NCBI GenBank assembly: GCA_000004985.1
Contig: GG738894.1
Direction: 5' to 3' (one strand)
DNA: 64,000 nt
DNA from: Naegleria gruberi
Taxonomy: Eukaryota
Both the position numbers and the translations under genes were made by a program. Positions 34,755 to 44,080 of the stretch are shown one piece after another; position 1 is the stretch's first letter; each line of letters starts with the position of its first letter. The notes under the pieces were generated by a model that searched no databases, had not been told where the DNA came from, and saw only the letters and a list, made by a program, of their open reading frames with translations.

Positions 34755-36326
34755 CTACTGTTTAACTCTTTTAGAAATATCAGTTTCTTCAGTCGATTCT
34801 CTCTTTCTCTTCTCAGTTTCTTCACTATTGTAGTTTCTCACAATGTTTTCAATCACATTGTATGCTTCTAATATTTTCTTATTTTCAAAGCCCTGCTTAT
34901 CGAATATGTAATCAAATCTATGGGCTAATGATCTTGGCTCAAAGAATCCTCTCTCAGCCAGTTTACCAATGAGGGATGGATGGTTATTGAGAAGAAAATT
35001 GAAAAATTCTGTAAAATCCTTCTTGAAATTCTTCTCATAAACATCCACAAAGAATAATTCAATATTAGCACATGCTCTTTCTTCATCTTCTACCCTGACT
35101 CGGAGAGTATCTATAATAAGATCACTAATTAGTCTGGAATAGGAATAGGTAACGTGTGTCATTGTACTGCTTGTAAATTTAGGTAATTTGTAGAAATAAT
35201 GCTTTTCCAAGAGATTCCATAATTGAGTATTTGAGTAGTGATTAACAATTGCTATGCAGAAAAATGAATACACTCTGTAAGATACATCAAAGAGATGACC
35301 TCCATTCTCAAGAATCATTTCAACATTTTCAATCAAATCATCCTCATCCTTTGAAAATGCTCTTTGCAGTAAAGTATCAACAAGAGTATTAGAGAGGATT
35401 CCATACATTTTCAAAGAATTATCAATGAGTGTTCTTGTGGGTACACTCTCATCATAATAAGACGGAGTACTAAGTGGTACTAGAGTTACATGTTTTGGAA
35501 TTTCGATTCCATACTGCAGAGGCCCAAAGTGAGAAAGACCTTTTGTGTAATTTAATCCCATCTTTTCCATTAAAACCAAATCTTGTTCAGTCAACTTATC
35601 CTCATTCTTATATTCGCCAAAACGAACCAAATCATGAAATACTAATTTGATAGATTTTGATTTTGCTCTTCCACAAAACATTCCTTCAATATCAGATAAT
35701 GTCATTCTACAGGATTGAAATAAAACACTCCTCAAATTGGTGCATTTAGAAAAATTCAAAGATTTAGCTTCGAATGAACATCCAACAAATGAAATATGTT
35801 CCACAGTCTCAAAAACAGTACAATCACTCATCCTAAATGTTATTCTATCGTTTGTGTTTTCTCTAATCGTCCTCTTATCATACATTAAATTATCCAGTAA
35901 ATCCTTTGTAATATGCAAATCAGAAAAGTGAATTCTTTTTGCATTTACAAATACAGTACTCAATAAATTTCTAAATTGTTTTAAAATTAAACTTTTTGAT
36001 GCCTTGTCACGAGAGGGAATTTCCTTCTCATCAGATAAAGCTGTTAGTTTAATTCTGGTTGGGAAGGAATTAGAGGTTATAGCAGACGAATCAAGTGCAA
36101 AGGCCGAAAGTGCAGAGAGTCTATTTTTTCCAGCAGTTTCTATTCGAAACTTTAACCATCTGGTCATCCGAAACTCATCATAAATTGCCAAGTGTTGTAA
36201 TGCTCCTTGATAAAAGTATGAATTGACCATTTGCATCCGAATACATTGTTCTACATTCAAATAGGAACAAATTTCTTGTACAACATTTGCTGTTATAGTA
36301 TCATGTGAAAACAAGAGAGATTGCAA
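34755..36326 (-). CDS. F-box-like domain protein (523 aa), 5' end unresolved
   Basis: N-terminal ITANVVQEICSYLNVEQCIRMQMVNSYFYQ fits the F-box pattern. The track start is TTG. The first in-frame ATG (MQMV) lies inside the F-box-like motif, so the true start is either non-ATG or on an unresolved upstream micro-exon. Acidic C-terminus. Confidence 0.5.
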   Translation of the reverse strand: MQSLLFSHDTITANVVQEICSYLNVEQCIRMQMVNSYFYQGALQHLAIYDEFRMTRWLKFRIETAGKNRLSALSAFALDSSAITSNSFPTRIKLTALSDEKEIPSRDKASKSLILKQFRNLLSTVFVNAKRIHFSDLHITKDLLDNLMYDKRTIRENTNDRITFRMSDCTVFETVEHISFVGCSFEAKSLNFSKCTNLRSVLFQSCRMTLSDIEGMFCGRAKSKSIKLVFHDLVRFGEYKNEDKLTEQDLVLMEKMGLNYTKGLSHFGPLQYGIEIPKHVTLVPLSTPSYYDESVPTRTLIDNSLKMYGILSNTLVDTLLQRAFSKDEDDLIENVEMILENGGHLFDVSYRVYSFFCIAIVNHYSNTQLWNLLEKHYFYKLPKFTSSTMTHVTYSYSRLISDLIIDTLRVRVEDEERACANIELFFVDVYEKNFKKDFTEFFNFLLNNHPSLIGKLAERGFFEPRSLAHRFDYIFDKQGFENKKILEAYNVIENIVRNYNSEETEKRKRESTEETDISKRVKQ

Positions 36327-36436
36327 AAAATATTACAAACTAAATCTTTCCACTACTTCATGAATTACCTACCATCTAAATGTACCACTTTTGATTTTGG
36401 CATTTTTTATTGAGTTTGTGAATTGTTACGTTTTTT

Positions 36437-38704
36437 TTACAATATGAGATAGTTCATTGAATTGGTCATCCAATCAATACAATAAAAATCAGAAATTACA
36501 AATATTTGATTGATAATTTCCAATCTGTTGGTGCATTTCATTAAATTGGAAGGAGGTTGCAAGTAAAGAAGGTCAACCAGGTCATTGAGATCTGATTCAT
36601 TGAGGGTAATGTCATTGTTAAGGATTATTTTGGAGGATAATCTCTCATTGAATTGTCCACTGATGAGTTTGGAGAAGAATTGGGAAGTGATTATGCAAAT
36701 TTCAGAGTCAATGGAGAGTTTCAAGTTTCGGTTCGTTTCTAATGTCAGAGTTAAATCACCCTTTCGTTTTCCACTTTTAATTTCCTCTCTCAAATAGGAA
36801 AAATAGTCCAATAAATCTTGCAATGGAAACTTAAAGTCAACTAAGGAAGCATGTTGAGAATCATTAGTTGAGTTTCTGACTTCTTCACAAATTGGCCTCA
36901 ATCTCGGAATGGATTCGCATAACATCAATTCCTCCTCAACATTATCCTTATTCGAAATTAGTGATTTTCTAATCCTATTAATGAGATAGGGATGAAGAGT
37001 TTGTTCTAATTTTTTGAATTGTAAAGTTGCCCTGAAAAGTTCAATCAAATCCAATAATTCAGCATTCAATTCTTTTCCTACGAGCCAATCTTTCAATAAT
37101 TCAACACAATTAACACTTGTTTCCATCTCAATTCCATTCTTTAATTGATCTTCCTTCATTAGTTCACTTTCGTCCAATCTTTTCATCAAAATTAAAGGTA
37201 TCAAGGATACGAATCCTTCTCTCGACTTTACAGGAATCTTTTTCATTGGTAAATTCGAATCTAGAAACCTTTCCATACCACCAATCAACTCTTGTTCACC
37301 ACAAATCTGTAAATCCAACTCAACCAAGGTGTCCAGATGAGGTTTCTCAACGCATGGATTATATCCACCAATTGAATAGCATTTCTTTTCAGAAAATATC
37401 AGAAACGAATCATAGTACATGTTCAATAAATTTGAATTGCTAATCTTGTACCATTGATTGGTGTGAATGTCAATAATCATCACTTCATTAATGTAATGTC
37501 TTCTGTCGTAGTGATCATTAATTAAACCATTCGAAACTATTAAATATCGATCCATGAATAAATTACCTCCCTTATTGTAAGATTTGATAAATTGTCGATT
37601 ATCATCATAAGAAATGAATCCTGATTTAACTAAATTTGGAGCACTAAATGCAGACCATTCCTTTTTTTGGAAGGAATAAATGTGGAGGGAGTTGGTGAGA
37701 GGACCGAAAGGTTTCTCTCTAGTCTTACCTGCATAGATTATCAATTCATCCTTTGATTCACAATACACAGAGGTGTGATAGGCAAGTTTAGTAAATTGTG
37801 GAGCAGTGGACGAAACTCTTTCGTTTGATGTAGACGAAAGAAGAGAAGAAGCAGAAGAGAAGAGCACACTTGGTACTTGAAGCATGGGATTCGCTGGTTT
37901 GATATTCATATCTTCTGATAGAAATTTCCATGTTTGACTGTCAAGATTAATCTCAATAATCTCATTCGAATATTGATCAGTGTTATATTCGTAACCTGCA
38001 ATAATGTACAGACAATCCTTTCGAATAAAACTTGAATGACCCTCTCTTCTTGGAAGTCTTTCCCTCGAATAGATATTTTTCTTTGAGATTCGAACAGGGT
38101 TTAGAATCGTCCATTCTTCAGTCTTTACGTCAAATTCGTATAGATTATTTGAGGAAATAACCGAACTTGTTCTTCCACCGAATACGTAAATCTTGTTTCG
38201 TTTAGGACAAGCACTCACCGAGTGATAGAAACAAGGATTCAGATAAATTCTACTATTAGTTGGAAGTTGATTCGTCTGATTGTTGGTAGACGAAAGTAAA
38301 GAAGGACCAACAAGTTGATTCTCAAATTCTCTACACTCTATGAATGATGGAAGTACTTTCCACTTTTTACTTTCTATATTATACTCCAAGAAACTATTCG
38401 AATTCAATTCTTTCCTCGTACTCCCGCCAAAAACATATATCTTTGAGTTTAGAATAACTGCCTTGTGTAGATGAATCCCAAATGGAAGGGAAGAAGGTAA
38501 ATCATTGGCGAGATTAGGATTATTTGTTGATTTTCTAATGGAAACTCGAGCCAAATCTTGTTTTTCCTCATAATTCGAATGTGGTTGAAAGAGAATTAAA
38601 TCAGCACCACTACTTGATGAAGAATCTTTTTGTAATTCTAACCAGTTTCCAACAGGCTTTGAGTTTCTTCCAAGTTTCGACTCTACACTTTGCAATACTC
38701 CCAT
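36437..38704 (-). CDS. Kelch-repeat protein with C-terminal BTB/POZ domain (LZTR1-like domain order)
   Basis: True ATG at 38704. Kelch blades in the N-terminal half (KIYVFGGSTRKELNSNSFLEYNIESKKWKVL, KIYVFGGRTSSVISSNNLYEFDVKTEEWTIL, LYIIAGYEYNTDQYSNEIIEINLDSQTWKFL). BTB near the C-terminus (DLTLTLETNRNLKLSIDSEICIITSQFFSKLISGQFNERLSSKIILNNDITLNESDLNDLVDLLY). Confidence 0.7.
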   Translation of the reverse strand: MGVLQSVESKLGRNSKPVGNWLELQKDSSSSSGADLILFQPHSNYEEKQDLARVSIRKSTNNPNLANDLPSSLPFGIHLHKAVILNSKIYVFGGSTRKELNSNSFLEYNIESKKWKVLPSFIECREFENQLVGPSLLSSTNNQTNQLPTNSRIYLNPCFYHSVSACPKRNKIYVFGGRTSSVISSNNLYEFDVKTEEWTILNPVRISKKNIYSRERLPRREGHSSFIRKDCLYIIAGYEYNTDQYSNEIIEINLDSQTWKFLSEDMNIKPANPMLQVPSVLFSSASSLLSSTSNERVSSTAPQFTKLAYHTSVYCESKDELIIYAGKTREKPFGPLTNSLHIYSFQKKEWSAFSAPNLVKSGFISYDDNRQFIKSYNKGGNLFMDRYLIVSNGLINDHYDRRHYINEVMIIDIHTNQWYKISNSNLLNMYYDSFLIFSEKKCYSIGGYNPCVEKPHLDTLVELDLQICGEQELIGGMERFLDSNLPMKKIPVKSREGFVSLIPLILMKRLDESELMKEDQLKNGIEMETSVNCVELLKDWLVGKELNAELLDLIELFRATLQFKKLEQTLHPYLINRIRKSLISNKDNVEEELMLCESIPRLRPICEEVRNSTNDSQHASLVDFKFPLQDLLDYFSYLREEIKSGKRKGDLTLTLETNRNLKLSIDSEICIITSQFFSKLISGQFNERLSSKIILNNDITLNESDLNDLVDLLYLQPPSNLMKCTNRLEIINQIFVISDFYCIDWMTNSMNYLIL

Positions 38705-38961
38705 TTTTTAATTTGACTAATTTACAAAAAAGGAATTTGTAAAAACGTCGTTATGTGTATTGAAAATGTTAATATTCTTCAATATTCCAATTAAATACTC
38801 GGTCATTCTTATTTTCGAATGTAATTATCTGAAACTTTTCTATCTACTCTGTTTACAACAATATGAACTTTGCTTTTCTTCATTTTCCATCTGGAACTTT
38901 GAAAAAAACATTTTTAAAATTAAATTGCTTTGAGGATCCTCAATTTGAACTTTGAAAAAAA

Positions 38962-39743
38962 ATGAGCAAAAACAAAGCTAACAATAATTCTAACAAATCT
39001 ACTGCACAAATTGTGGATAACAAATTGGACATGTCGAGTGTGAAACGTTATGTACCAAAGCAAAGATCTGCAATGGCAGGACTTAAGGAGACAGTTCAGA
39101 ATAATTCGGAGAATGGAGTGGTGACATTGGCAGGTAATAAGTTTAAAACACCCAAGTCAGTATTGTGTTTTATTCCACCAGTTGAAGTTTGGGAACCAAT
39201 TCAAGAAATTAGAAATAAGTATGCAAATGTTGCAAGATGGGTAAGTTGCTAATTTGACATGTTTTGATGATTATTGACATTCAATAGCCACAACCACACA
39301 TTTGTTTATTGTACCCTTTCGTTCCGAGTGAATTATTTGATGAAGCTGAAACTCTTTTGAAACCATCTCTTTCAAAAATCAAACCATTTGAAGTGACTCT
39401 TTCAAAATTTTCATATTTTAATACAATTGACCATTTGACAACTAAAGGACAAGGAACAATTCACTTTGAACCAGATAAGGACAGTTATGAGAAGATGAAA
39501 ATTGTACAAAAAACATGCTTTGATTTATTCCCATATTGTAATGCCTTAACAAAGAGAGGATCTTTCAGACCTCATTTAAGTGTTGGAGTTTTTGACATTG
39601 ACACTCTGGATGAAACAATGAAACAATTCAAGAGTGAATGGAAGGATTTGACATTTACATTGGATCATGTTTGTTTGATGAGTAGAGTGGATAATGAATC
39701 ACCATTTGTTATTTCACATAGAATTCCATTCGAAGGAAAATAA
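38962..39743 (+). CDS. 2H phosphoesterase superfamily protein (LigT / 2',5'-RNA-ligase / cyclic phosphodiesterase-like), two exons 38962..39240 and 39288..39743
   Basis: ORF 38962-39252 ends ..ARW followed by GTAAGT (39241). The acceptor CAATAG (39282-39287) rejoins the frame of ORF 39309-39743, whose listed start is TTG. Spliced product has a first motif P-H-I-C-L (H-x-C-x instead of the usual H-x-T/S-x) and a second canonical motif P-H-L-S-V-G. Overall size (~244 aa) fits this fold. Confidence 0.5.
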
Positions 39744-39897
39744 CTTGGTGGAATTTCATCAACTTTCGTTTGATAAATAGATTGCCAATTCGTTTTTGAA
39801 AAGGGTGGAATAACATTGTTGCTTGGCATTTAACATGCTACTAGTTCATCAATAAACTCTACTCTTTTTTTGATAAACCATAGCTTTCACCACTTAC

Positions 39898-41043
39898 TTA
39901 ATCATCCAATATTCCTATTGGTTTCATGGATGCTTGATAGTAATCCCAATCTTCATGATTATTTCTATCATGATGATTCTTTTGACAACAATTCTTCCAA
40001 CATTGAACACAAGAGAGGGCAATATTCTTTCCCTCTATTGGATTTGAAAAGTAAATTAAAACATTAAAGAAACCAACCAGTGGTGAAATAATTGTGTGAA
40101 TTAAACTCATGTAATTGGAATAATCTGTATCAGTAATGAAAAAGTTTGAAATTCTGTGAAAGGTTGGGATTATATAAATGAGAACCATCATGATTGGATA
40201 TCCCATCAATTTAGAATAGGCCTTAATTCTCTTTCCTTTTCTGTGATCATCATCTCCGATAGTACTCATACCAACTTTGAGTATAAACAATGATAAATTA
40301 ACTTCAATTATTGAAATACTACTTACCCTTTCCGAAATTCCTGCACACCTTCGCCAACACAATCATATACAACACCAAAACAAGTATAATTGAAATCCAG
40401 AGAGGTCCATAAAAAGCACCATAAGTCCAAGTAACTCCCATTGGTTTGTTCTGATCTATCCAACACCACTTTCCAGAATTTCCATAAGTACTTCCAATGA
40501 AAGGTAATCCAGTTAATAAACCAGAAACAAGAAAGACAATTGTGATGGAACAACCTTCAAATAAAAGTACTGATTTCTTCCTTGTTAATTTCCTTAGCAC
40601 AATGGATGAGAAGAGAAAGATGGCAATTACAACACTCCAAATGAAGAACCCTACAGAGAAGAATCTGTATCAATATTCAGCCATGATTATTTCATCACCA
40701 TCATCACATGGTAAATTAATTATGATCAAATCATCCAAGATATTCCTTAGTAAATAATAAGAAGAAATAACAACACTTACTGATTACAAACAGCCTGAAA
40801 TATACACACCCAATCTTGATCCGTCTTGTAGGCTGTATAGAGTGTTAGCAAGTGATTCAATGAAGCAAATAAGAGAAAGGTTTGCAAATAGGACAAGAAC
40901 CTCACTGATGGAAGCTTAAAAAACCTCCTCCGAAACACCACAATCACATAAATCAAGAATGAAAAACATGCAAGAGCACTCAGAAAGCCAGAGCATGCTC
41001 TCGCAAGTGCAATTGCTGTTTTCCACATATCTGGCGTCATCAT
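39898..41043 (-). CDS. seven-transmembrane GPCR, cAMP-receptor-like (Dicty_CAR-type) family; three exons 41043..40781, 40664..40327, 40274..39898
   Basis: Three track ORFs, each hydrophobic/TM-rich, chain through a GTAAGT donor (40780) and a GTAAGT donor (40326) with in-frame AG acceptors. Phases are consistent and the total is 326 codons. GNSGKWCWID motif in an extracellular loop is characteristic of the cAMP receptor-like family. The first acceptor is ambiguous: 40665/40666 (116-nt intron) or 40635/40636. Confidence 0.5.
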
Positions 41044-41499
41044 ATTTTCTTTTTTTCTTCCAATAACAAGATTTACTCTGTTGCTCTCCGAACTGTAATG
41101 ATGAAGATATTATATCAGATTGAATGATAATCTCGCTGGACTAGTACGATAATTATAGACGAGAGCAAACAAAGGGATACTTACTCCTCTCTTTAATATA
41201 ATCTTGTTATTTATTGTTGGTTGTTCTTCACTTTAAATAACATAAAGTCTTCAGGGTTGGTATCAGTCAACATTTAACAACATCAAAACCAATAAATGAT
41301 GAAGATTATTACTTCTGTCAATTACCGATTAATGATGAAGAAGTGGTAAAACCCCCATGATGAGTATTCCGTGTTTTAATTGTTTAATGTAAATTACATG
41401 TTGGTGATGCTGTTGACTGGAGAGGTGTGAATTAGCCAAACATTTTATTTTTTTTAAATTTTAAAATCATTATTCTTATTTGTAACGACTTGTTTAATA

Positions 41500-42708
41500 T
41501 TATTGTAAATGGCATGACTTTTTTTGTTTTTTCTTAAAAGCAGGATCATTCCACATATTGATACCTCTGACCATCACTTGGTGAAGGTCAGCCATTCCAC
41601 TATTGTTAATAGCACCTACTTCAACATAGGTGAAACATCCCATTCTTCTGGCCAGCAGTATTCCTTGCTCAGTACTTGATGGTTTTCTATGTCTCTTAAC
41701 CAGTAGCTCCCTTCTCTTGATTGGATCATCCCTTAAATCAGTTTTGGTACAAATCAGAATAATTAGACTATTTGGATGGAGGCGATTGATTTCAACAATC
41801 CATTTCGAATAAACGTTACGAAGGGAGGTCTCTAATGAACAGCTAAAGCAAATACAGAACATGTCAGTCCCAGGGTAAATATATCTGCGCAATCTTCAAT
41901 GTTTTGTTATAATAATTTAAAATCAATTGACTATTTGATAATTACCTATCGAATTCTGTAAATCATTCAATGAAGAGAATATTCTTAATTGACTTACCAT
42001 AATGTCCTTCAGAATCATGTAATTCCAAATGACAAACTCTTTCATCGACCAAACAATTCTTTGAGTAATTGTCAGATGAAGTTGTTGGTAAATGTTCATA
42101 TTGTGGAAACGAATCTGTACTAAACGTGTACAATAAACTGGTCTTACCAACAGTGTCATCTCCTTAATTCCCAATAATTTAATGAAAATAATTGAAAATA
42201 TTTCACACATACCCACTAGAACTATTTTGTAATGACTTGAAGTTACATTACTATTCAATTTGTAGTTTAGTATATCTTCCTTAGGTACATAAATATCATT
42301 CCACGCATAATAACCTTCAATTTCTCTCGTCAGCTCTTGCTGTTCTCTTTCTGCATTAATCATCCACTCTCCAACTAATTCAATCAAATGTTGCTTGTAA
42401 TTTTCAGTATATTCCACATGTTTAGTATAAAGTTCAGATTGTAAAATCACAACATCATATGTTCCTGTTGTCTTATTCCATCGGTTGGTCTTACTGGCCT
42501 CCGAAAACCAATGAATCCTCTCCATGTAATAATCTTTCCAATATTGATCTTCTGTTGTCAGTTGACATATTCTCAATTGTTTAGAAGCTAATTGTAATTT
42601 ACACAAATCTGTAATTTGCAGGAAGGAAAGAACCAATCGGAAAATGTCATCATTCAGCACAGAATTATTAATGTTGAATTCCGACTGTTTCTGTTTTTTA
42701 TGTATCAT
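41500..42708 (-). CDS. F-box-like domain fused to an atypical Rho-family small GTPase with polybasic tail and CAAX box; at least three exons (42708..42213, 42162..~41998, ~41893..41500)
   Basis: ORF 41923-42729 (track start GTG; first ATG 42708, MIHKK..) has the F-box-like LNDDIFRLVLSFLQITDLCKLQLASKQLRI. About 120 aa later it ends ..SSHYKIVLVG at a GTATGT donor (50-nt intron). It continues in frame as DDTVGKTSLLYTFSTDSFPQYEHLPTTSSDNY..LELHDSEGHY (G1 P-loop, switch regions). A GTAAGT donor at 41997 leads to exon 3 (ORF 41500-41892): RRYIYPGTDMFCICFS..WIVEINRLHPNSLIILICTKTDLRDD..FKKKQKKSCHLQ, with G4 TKTD, a polybasic tail and CAAX CHLQ. The exon 2/3 junction phase is ambiguous. An alternative weak donor AA|GTCAAT at 41994 gives a frame-consistent 353-codon model. 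Confidence 0.55.
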
Positions 42709-43027
42709 ACTTTTAATCAAAAAAAACACGTGAAATTTGTTCTGTTGATTGTGATGATATTTTTTTGAGAATATTGTAAAGGTGTTTGTAGTTGTTCTTA
42801 GTTCATCATATTAGCACAAGTTAACCACTACTGGGTAGGGAAGGAAACTTAGTTTTGATTTTTGTAAACAGTTGGCAACTGGCCTATATTCATTGAGTTT
42901 GTTTTGATGGATAAATTTTGTTATGAGAGTGATGAATTAATCTTTAATTTTAAAATTCGAAAAGTGGAATTCTTCATATTATTTAGAACTGTGAACTTGG
43001 TGTGAACCACCTGCTTTAAAAAGAAGA

Positions 43028-43711
43028 ATGCAAACTTCATCTCTTACAACAACATATCAAAAAGAATACCTCCACAACAACAAGATGCAACAACAACCAA
43101 AAGTCAACATTATCGAGCAAGGAAACATTTGGACCATTGAAAATCTTTACTCACCAGAAGAATGTCAACAACTCATCAAGATTTGTGAATCGAATGGATT
43201 TGTGGAAGCTCCATTCAATGCCAATATGGCCAAAGATACAAGAAATAACGATAGAGTGATTCTTGATTTACCACAACATGCTCAATTGTTTTGGGAAAGA
43301 GTTTCACCTTATTTACCTCAACATGCTTCTCAATTGGGAAATCAAGTATTGGAAAGTAATGCAAAATCTGGATTTCAATTGTTAAATCCAGGATTTTCGA
43401 ATAGATTGAGATTCTACAGATATAAGAAGGGTCAATATTTTGCTCCCCACACAGATGGTTGTTATTTTGATAATAGAGATAAATATGTGGACCAGTCATT
43501 CTTGACAATCTTGCTCTATTTGAATGATGTCAATAATGCTGGAGGAGAAACTAATTTTATTCAAAATGGAATCAAACATAGTGTTCAACCAAAGAGTGGA
43601 TCTGTGTTGATATTTGTGCATTGGAATTGTCACGAAGGTGCTGAGGTGACATCTTCTAATGCTTTGAAGTATGTTATGAGAACAGATGCAGTTTTTAGAA
43701 GAATTAAATAA
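43028..43711 (+). CDS. 2-oxoglutarate/Fe(II)-dependent dioxygenase, prolyl 4-hydroxylase-like (P4Hc)
   Basis: True ATG at 43028. HxD...H iron ligands (YFAPHTDG ... FVHWNCHEGAEV). Basic 2OG-binding residue in KYVMRTD. Typical ~225-aa jelly-roll size. Confidence 0.7.
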   Translation: MQTSSLTTTYQKEYLHNNKMQQQPKVNIIEQGNIWTIENLYSPEECQQLIKICESNGFVEAPFNANMAKDTRNNDRVILDLPQHAQLFWERVSPYLPQHASQLGNQVLESNAKSGFQLLNPGFSNRLRFYRYKKGQYFAPHTDGCYFDNRDKYVDQSFLTILLYLNDVNNAGGETNFIQNGIKHSVQPKSGSVLIFVHWNCHEGAEVTSSNALKYVMRTDAVFRRIK

Positions 43712-43771
43712 AAATCAATCTGATCTGATAGACAGATGTAAAATTGTTCTGAGCCTCAAAGCAAAATCAAT

Positions 43772-43842
43772 TGCATTAGCCGGGAGTCGAACCCGGGTCA
43801 CCAGCTTGGAAGGCTGGTATGATACCGTTACACTACTAATGC
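43772..43842 (-). tRNA. tRNA-Gly (anticodon UCC)
   Basis: Reverse complement reads GCATTAGTAGTGTAACGGTATCATACCAGCCTTCCAAGCTGGTGACCCGGGTTCGACTCCCGGCTAATGCA. Perfect 7-bp acceptor stem (GCATTAG/CTAATGC). Anticodon stem CCAGC/GCTGG with loop CTTCCAA. T-arm CCGGG-TTCGACT-CCCGG. No encoded CCA (eukaryotic type). Confidence 0.85.
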
Positions 43843-43930
43843 TCTTGTCCCTTAATAATAATTCCCAACATTATTAAAATCTATTAAGGAACAGAATTGC
43901 CACCAAAATAATGCAAAGCAAAATTTCAGA

Positions 43931-44011
43931 CGCAGACTGCAGGATTCGAACCTACGAAGGTTTCCCCAACAGATTTCAAGTCTGTCGCCTTAACCACTCG
44001 GCCAAGTCTGC
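43931..44011 (-). tRNA. tRNA-Ser (anticodon UGA) with long variable arm
   Basis: Reverse complement reads GCAGACTTGGCCGAGTGGTTAAGGCGACAGACTTGAAATCTGTTGGGGAAACCTTCGTAGGTTCGAATCCTGCAGTCTGCG. Perfect acceptor stem GCAGACT/AGTCTGC, discriminator G. Anticodon stem ACAGA/TCTGT, loop CTTGAAA. Long extra arm typical of Ser. GGTTCGAATCC T-loop. Confidence 0.85.
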
Positions 44012-44080
44012 TACATTTGGGTAAGAAATATTACAAATTTGTGCAATCTAACAATGACTGTTTTAGATGTCATTCAAAAT

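Noticed and set aside
40746-40780. 35-nt GTAAGT...AG candidate intron in the GPCR gene
   Set aside because: Using it leaves an in-frame TGA (..MAEY*) before the next TM segment. The acceptor must be at 40665/40666 or further downstream.
43686-43877. 63-aa plus-strand ORF
   Set aside because: Runs straight through the tRNA-Gly gene on the opposite strand. A chance ORF.
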